Shown piece after piece: positions 26,317 through 40,033 of a stretch of 64,000 nucleotides of DNA (position 1 is the stretch's first letter; the number at the start of each line of letters is the position of its first letter). The DNA comes from Octopus vulgaris. Lineage: Eukaryota. Position numbers and translations under genes: made by a program. The stretch lies in the NCBI GenBank assembly GCA_951406725.2, contig OX597817.1, positions 145,824,001-145,888,000 of the forward strand. The letters are read 5' to 3'. The notes below the pieces were generated by a model that worked only from the letters and a program-made list of their open reading frames with translations, was not told the DNA's origin and did no database searches.

Positions 26317-29287
26317 TAGCCTTGTAAATTATTGTATAGTTAACTCGAGCGTTTTGTGTGTGTATGTGGGGGGGGGGGAGTGATCGTTTTATTTTGAACT
26401 GTTTCTTGGAAGATAAAGCCAAAGATTGCTTTTTTAAAACACAGTAGATGAATGCTGAAGCCAGTAACTACTGCCAGTTGAACAACGAATTTTAAGTGCA
26501 AACATCATTCAACGGTTTGAGCATTGACTGAACAGAATGAGTTCGAGTATCTTTTGGAAATTTTAAGAATTAAGCATTTGGAAAACTTGGGGAAATTGTT
26601 CCACTGATTGATAAGCGGTCGTTGATCAAGACAAGGAACACAAACCCAATTCGTTAAAACCTCGGTCTGTTTTCTTGTCATTTTCACCCACTGAGATAGC
26701 GTGGGAAACTCTCACGACACTCAACAGTCTTCATAAACCGACTAACTTTGGTAAATTTAGCACATTAGTAGTCAGAGTCACTAATAATGTATGATTGAGG
26801 AATTATTGGTTGCAAACAAGGAAAAGAAAGGAAAAGTTTCGTTCCTGACCACTTCATCGTGTGGCTCTACCAGTAGGAAAATGAAACCAACGTTGACCTG
26901 AGTCGCAACCTATCGACAGATCAATGCTGATAGCGAATGAAAGACGAAGCACTGGTGTTTTGTGGAAGACGGTGACGTAATTATGACGACAGAAACAGGG
27001 ATATTAACATCTTCCTCTTAACTGAACCATGACTTTATCATATTTTGTCAAAGTTACCAAATATTAGGTGCAGGCGTGTCTGTGTGTGATTCTGAAAATT
27101 GAAAGGAAGGGCCGGTGGGAAGGGGCTTCTGTCCTGCACAGAGGACCCTGAGTGGCCTTCGCAGGTGGCTGCGATCTGTGCAGGATAATGAATTCCTTCC
27201 CGGTGGACTCCTTCAAATATATGATGAAGTGCTCTGCCTTGCTACTATCCAGATGCTTCAAAGAAGCGAGGAGCCTGGTGGGGCAGAAAAGAATGTAGTA
27301 TTTTTTGTAAGAGGTTAAATACCTCAACAAGTTTTTGAACTGTAAAAATGTAAGAGGATTATTGCCTCGTAAATGTGTTTTGTTTATGAAATGTGTAAGA
27401 GGTTTATTGCCTCGATGCGACGTTTATAATGGAACAATGTTTTAGAGAAGCGAAAGTCGGCAGGCGCTTTCATCTTCTTCCATCCTTATCATCCTTGTAT
27501 CATTATCATTCATCTCATTAATGTCCGTGTCCAGCCCGTAAGCTTCTATCTGTGTAATGCCCTTGTGGCAAATTGAATGAAATGATGAAGTTTGATTCCC
27601 AAACACATTGTTTCGGGTTCAGTCCAACTCTGTGTGTGTGTGTTGTATTTGTTCTCACACCGCTTGGGAAGTAGTGTTGATTTGCATAGCGGTTTGGCAA
27701 AAGAAACCGATAGCATAAATACTGGGCATAAAAAAGTTCTGAAGTTGACTAGAAATCACTCAAGGCGGTGCCCCAGCATGACCGCAGTCCAATGCCTGAG
27801 ACAAATAAAAGATTATTATTTCTATTCTTTAGATGATTTTAGTTACTGGTCTGCGGCCATGCTGATGCACTTCCTTCAAGGGTTTTAGTTGACTACAAAG
27901 ACCCCAATGTTTTTTCGATGCTATTTTATCGACCTCGGTGATTGGAAAGGCAAAGTTGACTTTCGTCTCTGTGTGTGCGCGTGCGTTTTAATTCAGAACA
28001 CAAAAGGGCTTTAACTAAGTAGCAGTAAATGTTTTGTCCAACGCTATACCATCGCATCTTTAAGGCGCTGTCTTACGTTCTTAGTTCAAATTCCTCTGAG
28101 GTCGACTTTGCCGTTCATCTTTTCGGAGTTCGATAAAATAAATACCAGTTGAGCACTGGGTCGATGCAATCGTTTTGCCCTTCTCCTAAAATTGCTGGTC
28201 CTGTATTGCATCTTCTTGCCAAATGATGTATGAATGTAAAAGGAGGACGACATCTTATTCTGTAGTTGGAATTTTAGAATATTAACCAGACGATCAAATA
28301 CGTTGATGGCAACCTTAACGGTTTGTTACGAAGAAATTTAAAAAATCCGTCGTATATTTTCATTAAATTTATGTTCAAAATTCAAATTTCAATCTCAGAT
28401 GCTTAAAACTGTGTTCTGGGTTGTGAGCAATCACTCGTTGTTGAATTGGCTTTTCTCATATTTCTACCCGTTTTCAGTGATGTGGCTAGGTGTATGCCAT
28501 CTGGTGTAGCCCTTAAGTTTTCCACCCTATATACAGGCTTTTACAGTAGACCCAAAAATGCCGCCTCCGTAAAAGTGTCTCCCGGAGCGAACCACTTCCA
28601 TCACTCGTTCTCCTCGTGCATTCACTCACCGCCAGCAAGCTCTCTGACTGTTACGTTTCTCGTATTTAATTATTAAGGCTGATGTTAGGAATTTCTGCTT
28701 CTGCCCATGTACACCGAAACCAATCATTAAGACTACTGTTTTAATTGACTAACATTTTCATGTAACTATTAATATAAAGTAATTATTCGCCGCTCAAAAT
28801 ACCGCGACTCGATTACTTTATATAACTTGCTTCTTCACACCTATCTATCTCTATTTGATTTTGTCAATCCTCCTTTACTTCCGTTTTTGTAATCTCATTC
28901 TCCTTTAACAAAATAGTGACCAATTAAACCATGCAATAATATATAAACTAGTAATTTATTTCGTTGCATTCATCCGGTGATGTCTGACAAACCCTATTGA
29001 CGACATTCAGGACTGCCAATAAAAATCTCGTAACCATCGAGGTCAACGAACAGCGAGTAAAATATCCGGGATGTGTTTAATGATGGGGGAAACCGATTGT
29101 GGGGGAACGAAAACGGGAAAGCTTTCATCTGAGTAAGCGTGGTGCAGGCATGGCTGTCTGGCGAAGAAGGTTGCTTTGCAGCCGCCTGGTTTCGGTTTCT
29201 GTCCCATTACGCAACACCATGGGCAAGTATCTTCTACAAAGTATGATTTGTGAGCGGATTTGCTAAACAGAAACTTGTGGAAGCCCG

Positions 29288-29326
<39 letters not shown>

Positions 29327-29335
29327 AAATCGATA

Positions 29336-29641
29336 AACGTTGCCCTTTTCAAGCCTAGCCAGGCTCATGGGCCCGGTTTCCCGGTTTCTGTGGCGTATGT
29401 GTTCCTCCCAGCTGGACGGGACGCCAGTCCATCGCAGCGTTACTCAAGAAACAGGAAGAGGGAGTGAGAGAAAGTTGTGGCGAAAGAGTACATCGGGGGT
29501 CGCCACCAACCCCTGCCGGAACCTCGTGGAGATTCTAGGTGTTTTCACTCAATAAACACACACAACGCCCGGTCAGGGAATCGAAACTGCGATCCTCCGA
29601 CCGCGAGTTCGCTGCTCTAACCACTGGGCCATTGCGCCTCC
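29336..29641 (-). mobile_element. tRNA-derived SINE family C
   Basis: Head GGAGGCGCAATGGCCCAGTGGTTAGAGCAGCG...TTCGATTCCC. Homologous to 45058-45355. Confidence 0.85.
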
Positions 29642-29650
29642 ACACACACA

Positions 29651-29700
<50 letters not shown>

Positions 29701-29842
29701 TTTGCAATAGTCAAAACTATTGAAAAGGTTGCAAGACGCAACAAAAATTTTAGAAAAATAAAAAAAGAAATAAGTGGAAGTTTTACCGGTGTGTTAAATT
29801 ATATGGCACTAAAAGAGAAAGACTCTCCCCAGACATAACAGA

Positions 29843-29874
<32 letters not shown>

Positions 29875-29911
29875 GATATATATATTTATATATATATATA
29901 TCAATGTATGT

Positions 29912-30277
29912 AGGCGCAGGCGTGATTTAGTGGTAAGAAGCTTTCTTGCCGACCACATGGTTCCGAGTTCAGTTCCACTGCGTGACACCTTGGGCAAGTG
30001 TCTTCTACTATAGTTTCGGACCGACCAAAGCCTTGTGAGTGATTTGGTAGATGGAGCCTGAAAGAAGCCCGTCGTATATATGTATATATATATATATTTA
30101 TGTGTGTTTTTGTGTCTGTGTTTATGTCCCCGAAACTTAACGGTTCGACAAAAGACACCGATAGAATAAGTACTAGGCTTACAAAGAATAAATCCTGGGG
30201 TCAATTTCTTCGACTAAAGGCGATGTTCCAGCATGGCTGCAGTCAAATAACTGAAATATATAAAAGAGTAAAAGAGA
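29912..30277 (+). mobile_element. SINE family A
   Basis: Same head, CORE-like segment and tail as 23995-24387. Confidence 0.9.
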
Positions 30278-30279
30278 TA

Positions 30280-30315
30280 TATATGCATAAATACATATAT
30301 ACACATTTGTATGTG

Positions 30316-30354
<39 letters not shown>

Positions 30355-30438
30355 ATATATATATATATATATATATACAGATGTACACGTATGTGCGCAT
30401 ACACGCATGCATACATACATATATACACATTTGTATGT

Positions 30439-30481
<43 letters not shown>

Positions 30482-30523
30482 TAGATAGATAGATCTATAT
30501 ATGCGTATCTATATATGTATGCA

Positions 30524-30603
<80 letters not shown>

Positions 30604-30690
30604 TGTACATATACATGCATATGTACATACATACGTACGTACACACACTCATACATACATACATACATACATACATAAATACATACATAC
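30280..30690. repeat. Compound microsatellite (TATC)n/(TA)n/(CATA)n
   Basis: Directly visible. Confidence 0.97.
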
Positions 30691-31035
30691 AAATAACAAA
30701 TCTAATATTGTTCTGTGGGACATGTAACAAAAGCCATGTGATGTTGTAAAGGTCAGTTGCCGGCGGATACGAACATAAATCAAAAGTCCAGAGGAAAGAG
30801 AACACATTTGGTGAATTAATGTGGAATCTATAACACGTGTAACACGACTATGAATTCTCGTTTGTACCTATCTTCATAAGTGCATTAGGTTATTGTACCA
30901 ACAAATTTGCATAAAAACCTTGAAATACTCGGTTTCATGGAAAAAGAGCAAAAGAAACTGACGCGGATTCTCCACATCCAGTCTATTAGTGGAACAATGA
31001 AAATGTGCAAGACGTCCCCAAAATTCTCCATTTGA
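30690..31035 (+). mobile_element. Older 3' fragment of an RLE-endonuclease non-LTR element (R4/Dong-like)
   Basis: Degenerate VKVSC..DTNI...KENTFGELM.NL...VPIFISALGY...HIQSISGTMKMCKT, homologous to 31920-32232. Confidence 0.7.
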
Positions 31036-32612
31036 GATTCTTACCAACATTTAGACTGGTTGGTTGAACGCTTGATGAGATCCGAGCTATTGATGTGAAA
31101 ACCTGAAAAATACTAACAAGCACACATAATTTCCACATAAACAGTGACGTAGACCATCTCTACCTTATACGAAAACAAGGCGGCAGAGGCTTAACATGGA
31201 TCCAAAATGCCTTTGAATGTCGATCGTATCCTTTCGGCAAAATCTTTTAACCACCAAGTGTCGAAGTGCATCACTTAACCAAGTTTGCATACATGAAGCT
31301 GATAACATCATAAGACTTGGAAGGCAGCTCCTTGGGCAGCATTCCTTGTCTGATAACCTTAAATGCATGCCCCAAAAGTCGCACGACTCTACTGCAACGT
31401 ATCATCAGATGAAAGGATGAGCTTATATCAGCAGAAGACTATGCATGGATATGTTAGTAGAAAGTTCAGAGATGATAGTAACATTGATTATCAAAGCAGT
31501 CTATCATGAACCAGTAGCCGGATTACTACCTCCAACTCTGAAGGGCATGCGTTTGCAATCCAGGAACAAGAAATATCAATCAGATACCTGATGCACAAAA
31601 GGGATAGAGAACCAGGTAAAGCAGTAAAATGTGACAGCCGATGCAGACTTCGTGGAGTTAACACCGAAGATATCATCCACACCATAAGCAGTTGTCCGAA
31701 AATGCCATCACGGTATTATCTAACGATGAGACATGATGTTGTAGCTAGGACACTCTATAATGAAATCCATTGGAAGGATAACCCCCAAGGACAAAGAAAT
31801 AAGAACCCACAGTATGGTAGAAGCCATAGCCACTCATAATAAAAAGGAGTACTGGGGAATATCCCAGTGAAGACCTCAATAAAATGTAAGCACATCAAAC
31901 CTGATATAATGATTTAGGATAAAGAAAAGAAACTAGGCACAGTTGTGGAAATTAGCTGCCCAGCGGATTTTAACATAAAGCTGAAGATGAGTGAAAAAGA
32001 GAATACCTACGCTGAACTATTGAGAAATCTGCAGTTGCTCTATCCAGATTACAAGTTCAGGTTTATATCTGTAATTATTGGGTTCCTGGGATATGTAACA
32101 CTGCTTAAATAACAATATTGCGAAATTAGGCTTTTCAAAACCAGAAAGGAGAAAGCTAATTCGAAGACTACACATCCAATCCAGCATTGGAACTGTAAAA
32201 ATCTGTAAGACGTTCCATGAGTTTATCATTTAAATATGTATGAGCATGTCTAGATATGCAACTATATGCATGAGAATACATATATAAAACAAAACATACA
32301 AAACATACAAATCTGCACCATACATACATACATACATACATACATACATACATGCATGCATGCATCCATACATACATACATACATGCATACATGCATACA
32401 TACATACATACATACATACATACATACATACATACATACATACATACATGCATGCATGCATGCATGCATGCATGCATGCATACATACATAGAAAGAAAAA
32501 TACCCTGTTGTTGATGATGAAATTTCAATGAAGGAACCTTGAATCCTGGTTAGAAACTGGCTCTTTCTCTATTGGCAAGAAATCTTGAAATAAAACTGAA
32601 TAATGACATACA
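31036..32612 (+). mobile_element. 5'-truncated R4/Dong-like non-LTR retrotransposon (RT end, CCHC knuckle, restriction-like endonuclease, 3' UTR)
   Basis: LYL.RKQGGRGL, AIQEQEI, CR(L)...EDIIH.ISSCP, RHDVVA, KPDIMI, VEISCP, KENTYAEL. Multiple stops and frameshifts. (CATA)n in the UTR and at the 3' end. Confidence 0.85.
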
Positions 32613-32939
32613 TACAGACAACCCTACGTATTTACAGGACTATGTAATATGGTGATTGTATAAATTATCTAGGTTAATATTAGCATAGATAACTTAATGC
32701 TGAAAATAGGTATGATGTTTTTTGGTAAGGAGTAACTAAAAAAAAAACTTAAAAATAGTAAGAAGGTTGTGATAAATGTCGCTTCTATATGGCGAAAATT
32801 ACACGTAAAATAGTGTGACTTCTTTTTTTTTTATGTAATTAGCGATGTGGGTGGGAGGATTAGGAATAAACATTTTCCTTTACCCTATTTTATTTTAATT
32901 CATCTGCCGTCGCTAACGTTTTCCAAGCTCCTCTAATCA

Positions 32940-33700
32940 TCATCAGCTTTTTAACTAACTTCCTGCATCGAAGATACCTGTCGCACCATACATCTCTTTC
33001 GGAGAGTTTAATGTCTACAAGTCCACCTGGCTATCGAACGCCTCATAATAGCAAGGCTACAGGCGCAGAGATCAAAGCATTTGTTTCCCTCAACTATCTA
33101 TACTAATTCGTATGTACACCTCGTATCTTTAATCAACGTACTGATGCGTCTTCATCTTTTTCTAGCGTTCATCCTTTCACCACTAACTACATCCATTGGA
33201 TAATCTGACAACTTCCCCATCAAGCCAATATTTGGCACACAGCCCATCTCCTAGACACCCTGGTACTTGCCACAGCTTCCATCATTTTTATGCCCAGTAT
33301 CTCTGATAATAAATGCGGTTCAGCCTAATTCCATTTGAAACATTTAAGTGGATGATCGATGCCATCGTCCTAGGTATGTCCCTTCACATTCCTTATATTA
33401 CCACAACCCGTAACTCCAAGTGGCTCACCTACAGTAGTAGGAGCATATAGCGTCTACAATTCCTGCAAAAAGTTACTATCACTGAAAAGGAAGATCTTGC
33501 CTACCACTGCAAGGTCTGTAAAACTATCAACATAGAAGCATATAACGTGCTTGTGTATTGTGCAGCTTGCAAGCTCTTTCGCCTCTTAAATTGCAGCATC
33601 TGGTCTCTTGCCAAAAAAATATTTTCACATCATTTCTCGAACTACTTTTTCTTATAAAACACATTTAGACGAAAAAAAAAAAAACTTTGTATTTATTGCT
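32940..33700 (+). mobile_element. Highly decayed Jockey/CR1-group LINE, endonuclease region
   Basis: LFGEFNVYKSTWL resembles the APE GDFN motif. Probably the 5' part of the element that continues at 38400. Confidence 0.45.
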
Positions 33701-33944
33701 CACTCTGTCTCCCATTTCGCAGTGAGGAAGTCTCTACACGGTCATTCGGCCTGCTAGAAATAGCATAAAAATTCTATTAAATCACACGATACTATCTTGT
33801 AAAACGAACGTGTTAGGCAATATAGTCCCTGATTTACAAAAAGACATGTTGGTTACAGCTGGAATGTCTTTGACAATAAGTCTGTTTGATCATGTCTGGC
33901 CTGGAGTCAAACAACAGCATTACTGTATGAACCTCTGTTCCTCC

Positions 33945-34358
33945 GGATCTTTTCGGTTTGAACGGCAGTTTTTAAAAATAATTTTCACGTAACTAAACAC
34001 TTTTAAACTTCGTATACTGGTAGAATGTGTTTATAAAACATCTTTTTCTCTTGGCTTTATTGAGAAAATTCTATAGTTTGTAAGATATTAGTTGTTTTTT
34101 CTTCAATTTCTGCAATTTCAACCAATCATATACGTCTATTGAGGTGAAAACATTCTGTGCCGTATGAATATGTCCCTCGTTTAAGAAACAGATTGGGTTT
34201 ATTTACATTTCTGAAGAAAAAAGATACCCTTCCCCCCACCTCTAACCCTAACCCTAAAACAGATTGAAATGCAATAGATCGATACTAGGGTCATAATTAT
34301 GGGTGACAATTTCATATGACACCACTAGAAAAAACTGCCGTTCAAACCGAAAAGATCC
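33945..34358. mobile_element. MITE with ~29-bp TIRs and 8-bp TSD (Merlin-like)
   Basis: GGATCTTTTCGGTTTGAACGGCAGTTTTT / AAAAACTGCCGTTCAAACCGAAAAGATCC. TSD GTTCCTCC at 33937-33944 and 34359-34366. Internal (CCCTAA)n. Confidence 0.92.
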
Positions 34359-34719
34359 GTTCCTCCTCCTTTTCCTCTTTCTAAATTCTTTTTCAACCAC
34401 ACTGACCATGTATGCAATCAAACTACAGCCGTCACTCACAAGCGAGAATGTCTTGGCAGCATGTACCATGCTTTCGTTGTCCTCGGTGTCTATGTAGTCG
34501 CGAGCAGCCATAGACACTCTTCATCCCTTTGGCCTTTTCCTAGTAGTACAGCCAAGATGTGACAACTGAAGGGAGACAAGACAGCACCAGCATTTGTCTG
34601 GCACCCATTATTTCAACTCAGTAGGCTCGAACAGTGTGAAACGAAATGACTTGCGCCGCCCGTTTCAGGAATCTCTCTTTCTTCTTCTCTACCGTCTCTC
34701 TCTCTCTCTCTCTCTCTCA

Positions 34720-34908
34720 TCTATTATATAAAATCCGTTCTGTCTGTCTGTCTGTGTGTCTTCTAGGATCTCGGGTATCCTCCATCCAATTGCGCTCAAA
34801 TTTGATGTATAGTTACCGACGGTATCAGGGCGTGTATAAGCCTTGAAAAAATAATAAAAATCGATTCCAGGTGAGAATGCGATCGATAAAACCGTGGGAA
34901 CGTGCATT
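34720..34908 (+). mobile_element. Helitron-like family 2, 5' portion
   Basis: A|TC start; close match to 12870-13057. Confidence 0.65.
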
Positions 34909-35037
34909 TTTTATTATGAAAACATAATAATGGTGTTGCGATAGTGTGCAAACCAGCTGGGAAACGTTTTATCAAAATCGATTCACAAGAAAACCAAGAA
35001 ATCCTAAATTTTACGCCTAAGCTATTAGCTGGTTCTG

Positions 35038-35088
<51 letters not shown>

Positions 35089-35156
35089 ATTATTATTACG
35101 GAGATGTACTTGCATAGCGAATGACTTGATCTGAGATTGTGTGCTGGAACGAAAAC

Positions 35157-35458
35157 AATTGCAGCGTGGAAGGTGTTTATAAGCGATTTATGAAACACAC
35201 AAAATCTGTTAGTTTCACTTCAACATTTAAATTTAATTTGTTGAAATATTTTCGTTGCTTTGAGACCGCGACCTGTTCACTAACAAAGCTTCGTGCTGCA
35301 TCTCGAAGTTTTGTCAGTGCTGCAGTACGAAGTTTTGTCAGTGAACAGGTCGCGGTCTCAAAGCGACGAAAATATTTTGACATTAAATTTAAATGTTGAA
35401 GTGAAACTAACGGTTTTTGTGTGTTTCTTAAATCGCTTATAAACACCTTCCACGCTGC

Positions 35459-35462
<4 letters not shown>
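35157..35462. mobile_element. Inverted pair of probable Penelope-like terminal repeat fragments between (TA)n tracts
   Basis: ~140-bp arms forming a long hairpin, each with a hammerhead-like motif. Inverted terminal duplications are typical of PLEs. Confidence 0.65.
35337..35381 (+). ncRNA. Hammerhead-like motif, G3-C8 core variant (mirror copy 35240-35284 on minus)
   Basis: GUCA-GUGAACA-g-GUCGC..GCGAC-GAAA-AUAU-UU-UGAC. One extra base before stem II and a UUU triplet make it atypical. Confidence 0.4.
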
Positions 35463-35514
<52 letters not shown>

Positions 35515-35563
35515 AAACAAGTAAAAAATAGAAAATGCTAAAATAATTTTATAGTGAACATTT

Positions 35564-35601
35564 CAGTACCGGTTTCGGTCATTTTGAGACCTTTTCAACT
35601 G
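35564..35601 (-). ncRNA. Minimal type I hammerhead ribozyme, U3-A8 core variant
   Basis: CAG-UUGAAAA-GGUC-ucaaaau-GACC-GAAAC-CG-GUA-CUG, with a palindromic stem III (ACCGGU), in the PLE 3' region. Confidence 0.7.
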
Positions 35602-36303
35602 TAACGATTAAATAATTAAATTTAGAAAAATTAGAAGAAAAGTTTTTTTAAAAGAATATTTCTATAGTAGTGTTCAGATTTAAGTGGCATTCTGCCTTTC
35701 TCTGACTCCCTTGTTTGCACTTGTGTGTTCGAGGTAGTTGTGAGTTCTTGGTAGGGTAGTAGAGGGAAGGCTGGTGAGGAAAGGGGGTGGGAGAATCTGG
35801 GAGTGCCCTGATGGTCGTATTTTGAATGGTCAGTGGCGGCTGGCAGTCTCAGTTCAATTCAGGATTGTTTATAGAATTAGCGTAGGTGTTATACTAAAAA
35901 ACATTAGTGACAAACTTAAGGGGTAGGGGGTGGAGAAGAAGAAGAAGAAGAAGAAGAAGAAGAAGAAGAAGGAGAAGGAGAAGATGATGGTGATGGTGGT
36001 GATGATTATGACGACGATGATGATGATAACGATGATGATGAAGAAGAAGAAGAAGAAGAAGAAGAAGAAGAAGAAGAAGAAGAAGAAGAAGAAGGAGAAG
36101 GAGAAGATGGTGGTGATGATGATGACGCCGATGATGATGATAACGATGATGATGAAGAAGAAGAAGAAGAAAAAAACAGAGAAGGGAGAATATGAATGGG
36201 TGTAAATATAGCTATGAAGGGGCTGATTAGTAATGGATTCTATGGAGTGTAGTATTTGTGTGTGTATATATATTTTTTTCTTTTATTCTAAAGTTGAGGT
36301 ATA

Positions 36304-36843
36304 TTAATTGTTTGTCGTAGACCCGTTAAGAAGTGGCTTGTATTTTGTAATAAAGAGATTTTCTTTACTTATTCTTTGTCTCGAGGTTGTATCGTCCCTA
36401 AATTGGTAGAGGGGGAAAATTCTGAAGTTTGGTGTTTTTTTGTTGGCGCAAGTATCTATGTGTTGGCTAAAAGCTATTTTTCTGTTTTGGGGAATTTTTA
36501 TCTGGGATCTGTGCAGGGCCATTCGTTTACGCAAACCATTTTTTGTTTGGCCTATGTACTGCTCTTGACACCCGGAGCAGGTTAGTGAGTATATTAGGTT
36601 CTCCGAAGCACATGTGAAGTTGCTTTTCACTGTAAACCGTTGTCCCTGTTTGAAGGAGAACTCCGAACCCTCGATTAGATAGTCGCATATCCCGCAATTG
36701 GGTCTTCCACATTTTTTTACTGTCGGCTTCTGTGTTGAAGAGTGAATTCGGGCTTGTGTAAGGAGACTTTTCATGGATCTAGGCTGTCTTTTGCTTTTTA
36801 TGATCGTGTGTGTTTGGAGGATTGTGTTCATTCTGTGGTCTTT
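36304..36843 (-). CDS. Penelope-like element GIY-YIG endonuclease domain (uninterrupted C-terminal fragment)
   Basis: KCGRPNCGIC, FTCASENLIYSLTCSGCQEQYIGQT...RKRMALH, KENLFITKYKPLLN. The N-terminal ~30 aa of the listed ORF are read-through from the flank. Confidence 0.92.
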   Translation of the reverse strand, partial: KDHRMNTILQTHTIIKSKRQPRSMKSLLTQARIHSSTQKPTVKKCGRPNCGICDYLIEGSEFSFKQGQRFTVKSNFTCASENLIYSLTCSGCQEQYIGQTKNGLRKRMALHRSQIKIPQNRKIAFSQHIDTCANKKTPNFRIFPLYQFRDDTTSRQRISKENLFITKYKPLLNGSTTNN

Positions 36844-37015
36844 AAATAATAATAATAATAATAAATATAAGAGAGTGGTCACTATGTGGCTCACACTAGC
36901 ACTAGTAATAGATCCAATAGGTTTCAACCACAAAAATACATGTTTCCCATGAAAGTCAGTACGATTGTTAGCTCACACGAACAGGGCAAATAAAAAATAA
37001 CAAAAATACAGATTA

Positions 37016-37095
37016 TTTTGGGACAATTGTTTCGCTATTAATGAATTAAATGTAATTTTACTCACAATAACTCACTTGTAGCTCCTCAGCCAAAA
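37016..37095 (-). ncRNA. Type I hammerhead ribozyme with canonical core, in a second probable PLE terminal fragment (~36866-37257)
   Basis: UUUUGG-CUGAGGA-GCUA-(~41 nt)-UAGC-GAAAC-AAUU-GUC-CCAAAA; palindromic stem III ACAAUUGU. Confidence 0.85.
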
Positions 37096-37255
37096 CTATC
37101 TGGATGAAATCCACTCAATCACACGCCAGATTTTACCATAACGATAAATACACGTGTGGTTCAATTGATTGCATCCGACGTTATAATTCAAATATATATA
37201 TATAGAAATTCGGGGTGAGTACTTGATAATTATGAGCACCTGTGTATACCGTTTG

Positions 37256-38380
<1,125 letters not shown>

Positions 38381-38399
38381 CCTTCTCTCTCACCTTCTC

Positions 38400-39610
38400 A
38401 TTTTATAAGATTCTGTTACAATCTTTGGAAACAAGCTACAGTGTGTTATTTCCCCCAAAATGTCAACCCCTCACCCTGCGAACCTCGTAATCTAGGTTCA
38501 CTTGTAGCATTGTAAAGGTGTTGAAAGCAATCGCTTTCTTCATCACAATGAGGCTCTCTTTCACTTCAGTGACCACCATAATGACCTGCATAAATCCATA
38601 CCCACCAGAGATTCGTATATTACTCACCATTGGCCCATCGCTCTCGAAATATTCAGCAAAAACAATGTCATTGCATTTGACATTTGCAAAAACCTTTGAA
38701 TGCTGCTAGCATGGGACACTTCATGTTAAGTTGTGCGCTTGTGGTCTTCAGTTGTCTCTCATCTCTGGAGTCGAGAACTTCCTTTCATTATTACACCAGC
38801 ACAGCGTTGACATGAACTACTTTGGTGTTAATTCGGTTAAGTTTATCCCCTCTTTCTTTTTCTTGTACGTTAACAACCTATTTGCCGTCATCTCTAACAA
38901 AGCATTCCTATGCAGACGATACCATCGTTATCTCTTTAATCTCCTGCATAGACTCCATCTCTACATAATTTAAACACGTCGCGTCAGACATCCACTGATT
39001 CATGAACAGAGACCTTGAGAGCGTCCTTCATTGAGAACATGACAACCCAGTCTCTTTCTTCAGCTCAAAGTTATGACCAAGGAAATAACCTTGTACTTCA
39101 ACCTCTCTTGTTATTAACAACTCACAATTAAAACTATCAAAATCGTTACATATGCAAAGCTCGACAATCTCTGACTTTGCATGTATAACATTGTCTTCGG
39201 TCGTGAAATAACTGAGTACTGGTCAATTTGTAACTCTACAGAACACCAATAAAACCCATATTGGAGTATTGCTCATGTATATGAAGTTGCTACTGTTACA
39301 CACACACATACAAACACGGCAGACTGAATCAAAAAAGAATTCTATTCGATTCACTGGCAAGATGGATTTTTGCCAACGTCTTTCTTATCGAAGTTACACG
39401 CACACCAAACAGGCTGTAACCACTGGCTTACTGAGATGTTTCTCTTTCTTTCTTTCTTTCTTTCTTTCTTTTCACTGCTCAGCGACCTCTGTTTCTCTCT
39501 ACCCAGGTATTCGTTTCTCTTCCTCTCTCTTCATTCTTTTATCTCACATTTCGCGCTAAACATATCATCCTTCCGTTCCTTCAATAATAACCTACTGGAA
39601 ATATCTTCCT
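38400..39610 (+). mobile_element. Decayed Jockey/CR1-group LINE reverse transcriptase region
   Basis: Remnants resembling LD..KAFD..WH (TTTGACATTTGCAAAAACCTTTGA), HSYADDT (CATTCCTATGCAGACGATACC) and IKPILEYCS. Confidence 0.7.
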
Positions 39611-40033
39611 CGTCGCACAGACGTTGCTTAGTTTCAGATCAACTCGGATGGAGCAGAACTATGACCAAAGATATTCTTTTCATGACCATCCCGTCTTTTC
39701 AGACAGTTTATCTAAGACTATATTGTTCAATATGTTCTCCCTCTTTTTAAAAAGTAAGACAGACAGACAGACAGACAGTGAAAGAGAGATGGGGTTAGAC
39801 GTTGTTTCTTGCAGGTAACATGCCCACATAGAACCTTTATCATTGACCCATATTTGTTCCAAGAGATATTTTATCTGAGCAAAACCTCAATTTCACCAAC
39901 CCCAGGATGAGGCTGAGAGAAGGCTGCAAATTGCATAGGCACTGTCCCCTCTCATCTACTGTCTCACTTTAACAAATAAAATCTTTAAAATGGGGTATTA
40001 AAAGCTAGCTTATTAAGCAGTAATATATATTTA

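Larger units (their letters stand above)
35511..36843 (-). mobile_element. 5'-truncated Penelope-like element (GIY-YIG endonuclease plus 3' terminal region)
   Basis: GIY-YIG ORF followed by a UTR containing a (CTT)/(CAT) microsatellite and a hammerhead motif, ending at (TA)n. Confidence 0.88.

Noticed and set aside
27064-27330. GC-richer patch with short ORFs
   Set aside because: No recognisable motif or splice structure; probably a TE remnant.
29570-29641. tRNA genes (also at other SINE heads)
   Set aside because: tRNA-derived SINE heads continuing into SINE bodies; no complete cloverleaf.
32522-32570. Hammerhead-like motif in the R4/Dong 3' UTR
   Set aside because: Lacks a valid core (no 3-8 pair, no proper cleavage triplet or stem I).
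35930-36205. Poly-K/M ORF (and poly-D/S/I ORFs at 52721-53063)
   Set aside because: Trinucleotide microsatellites.
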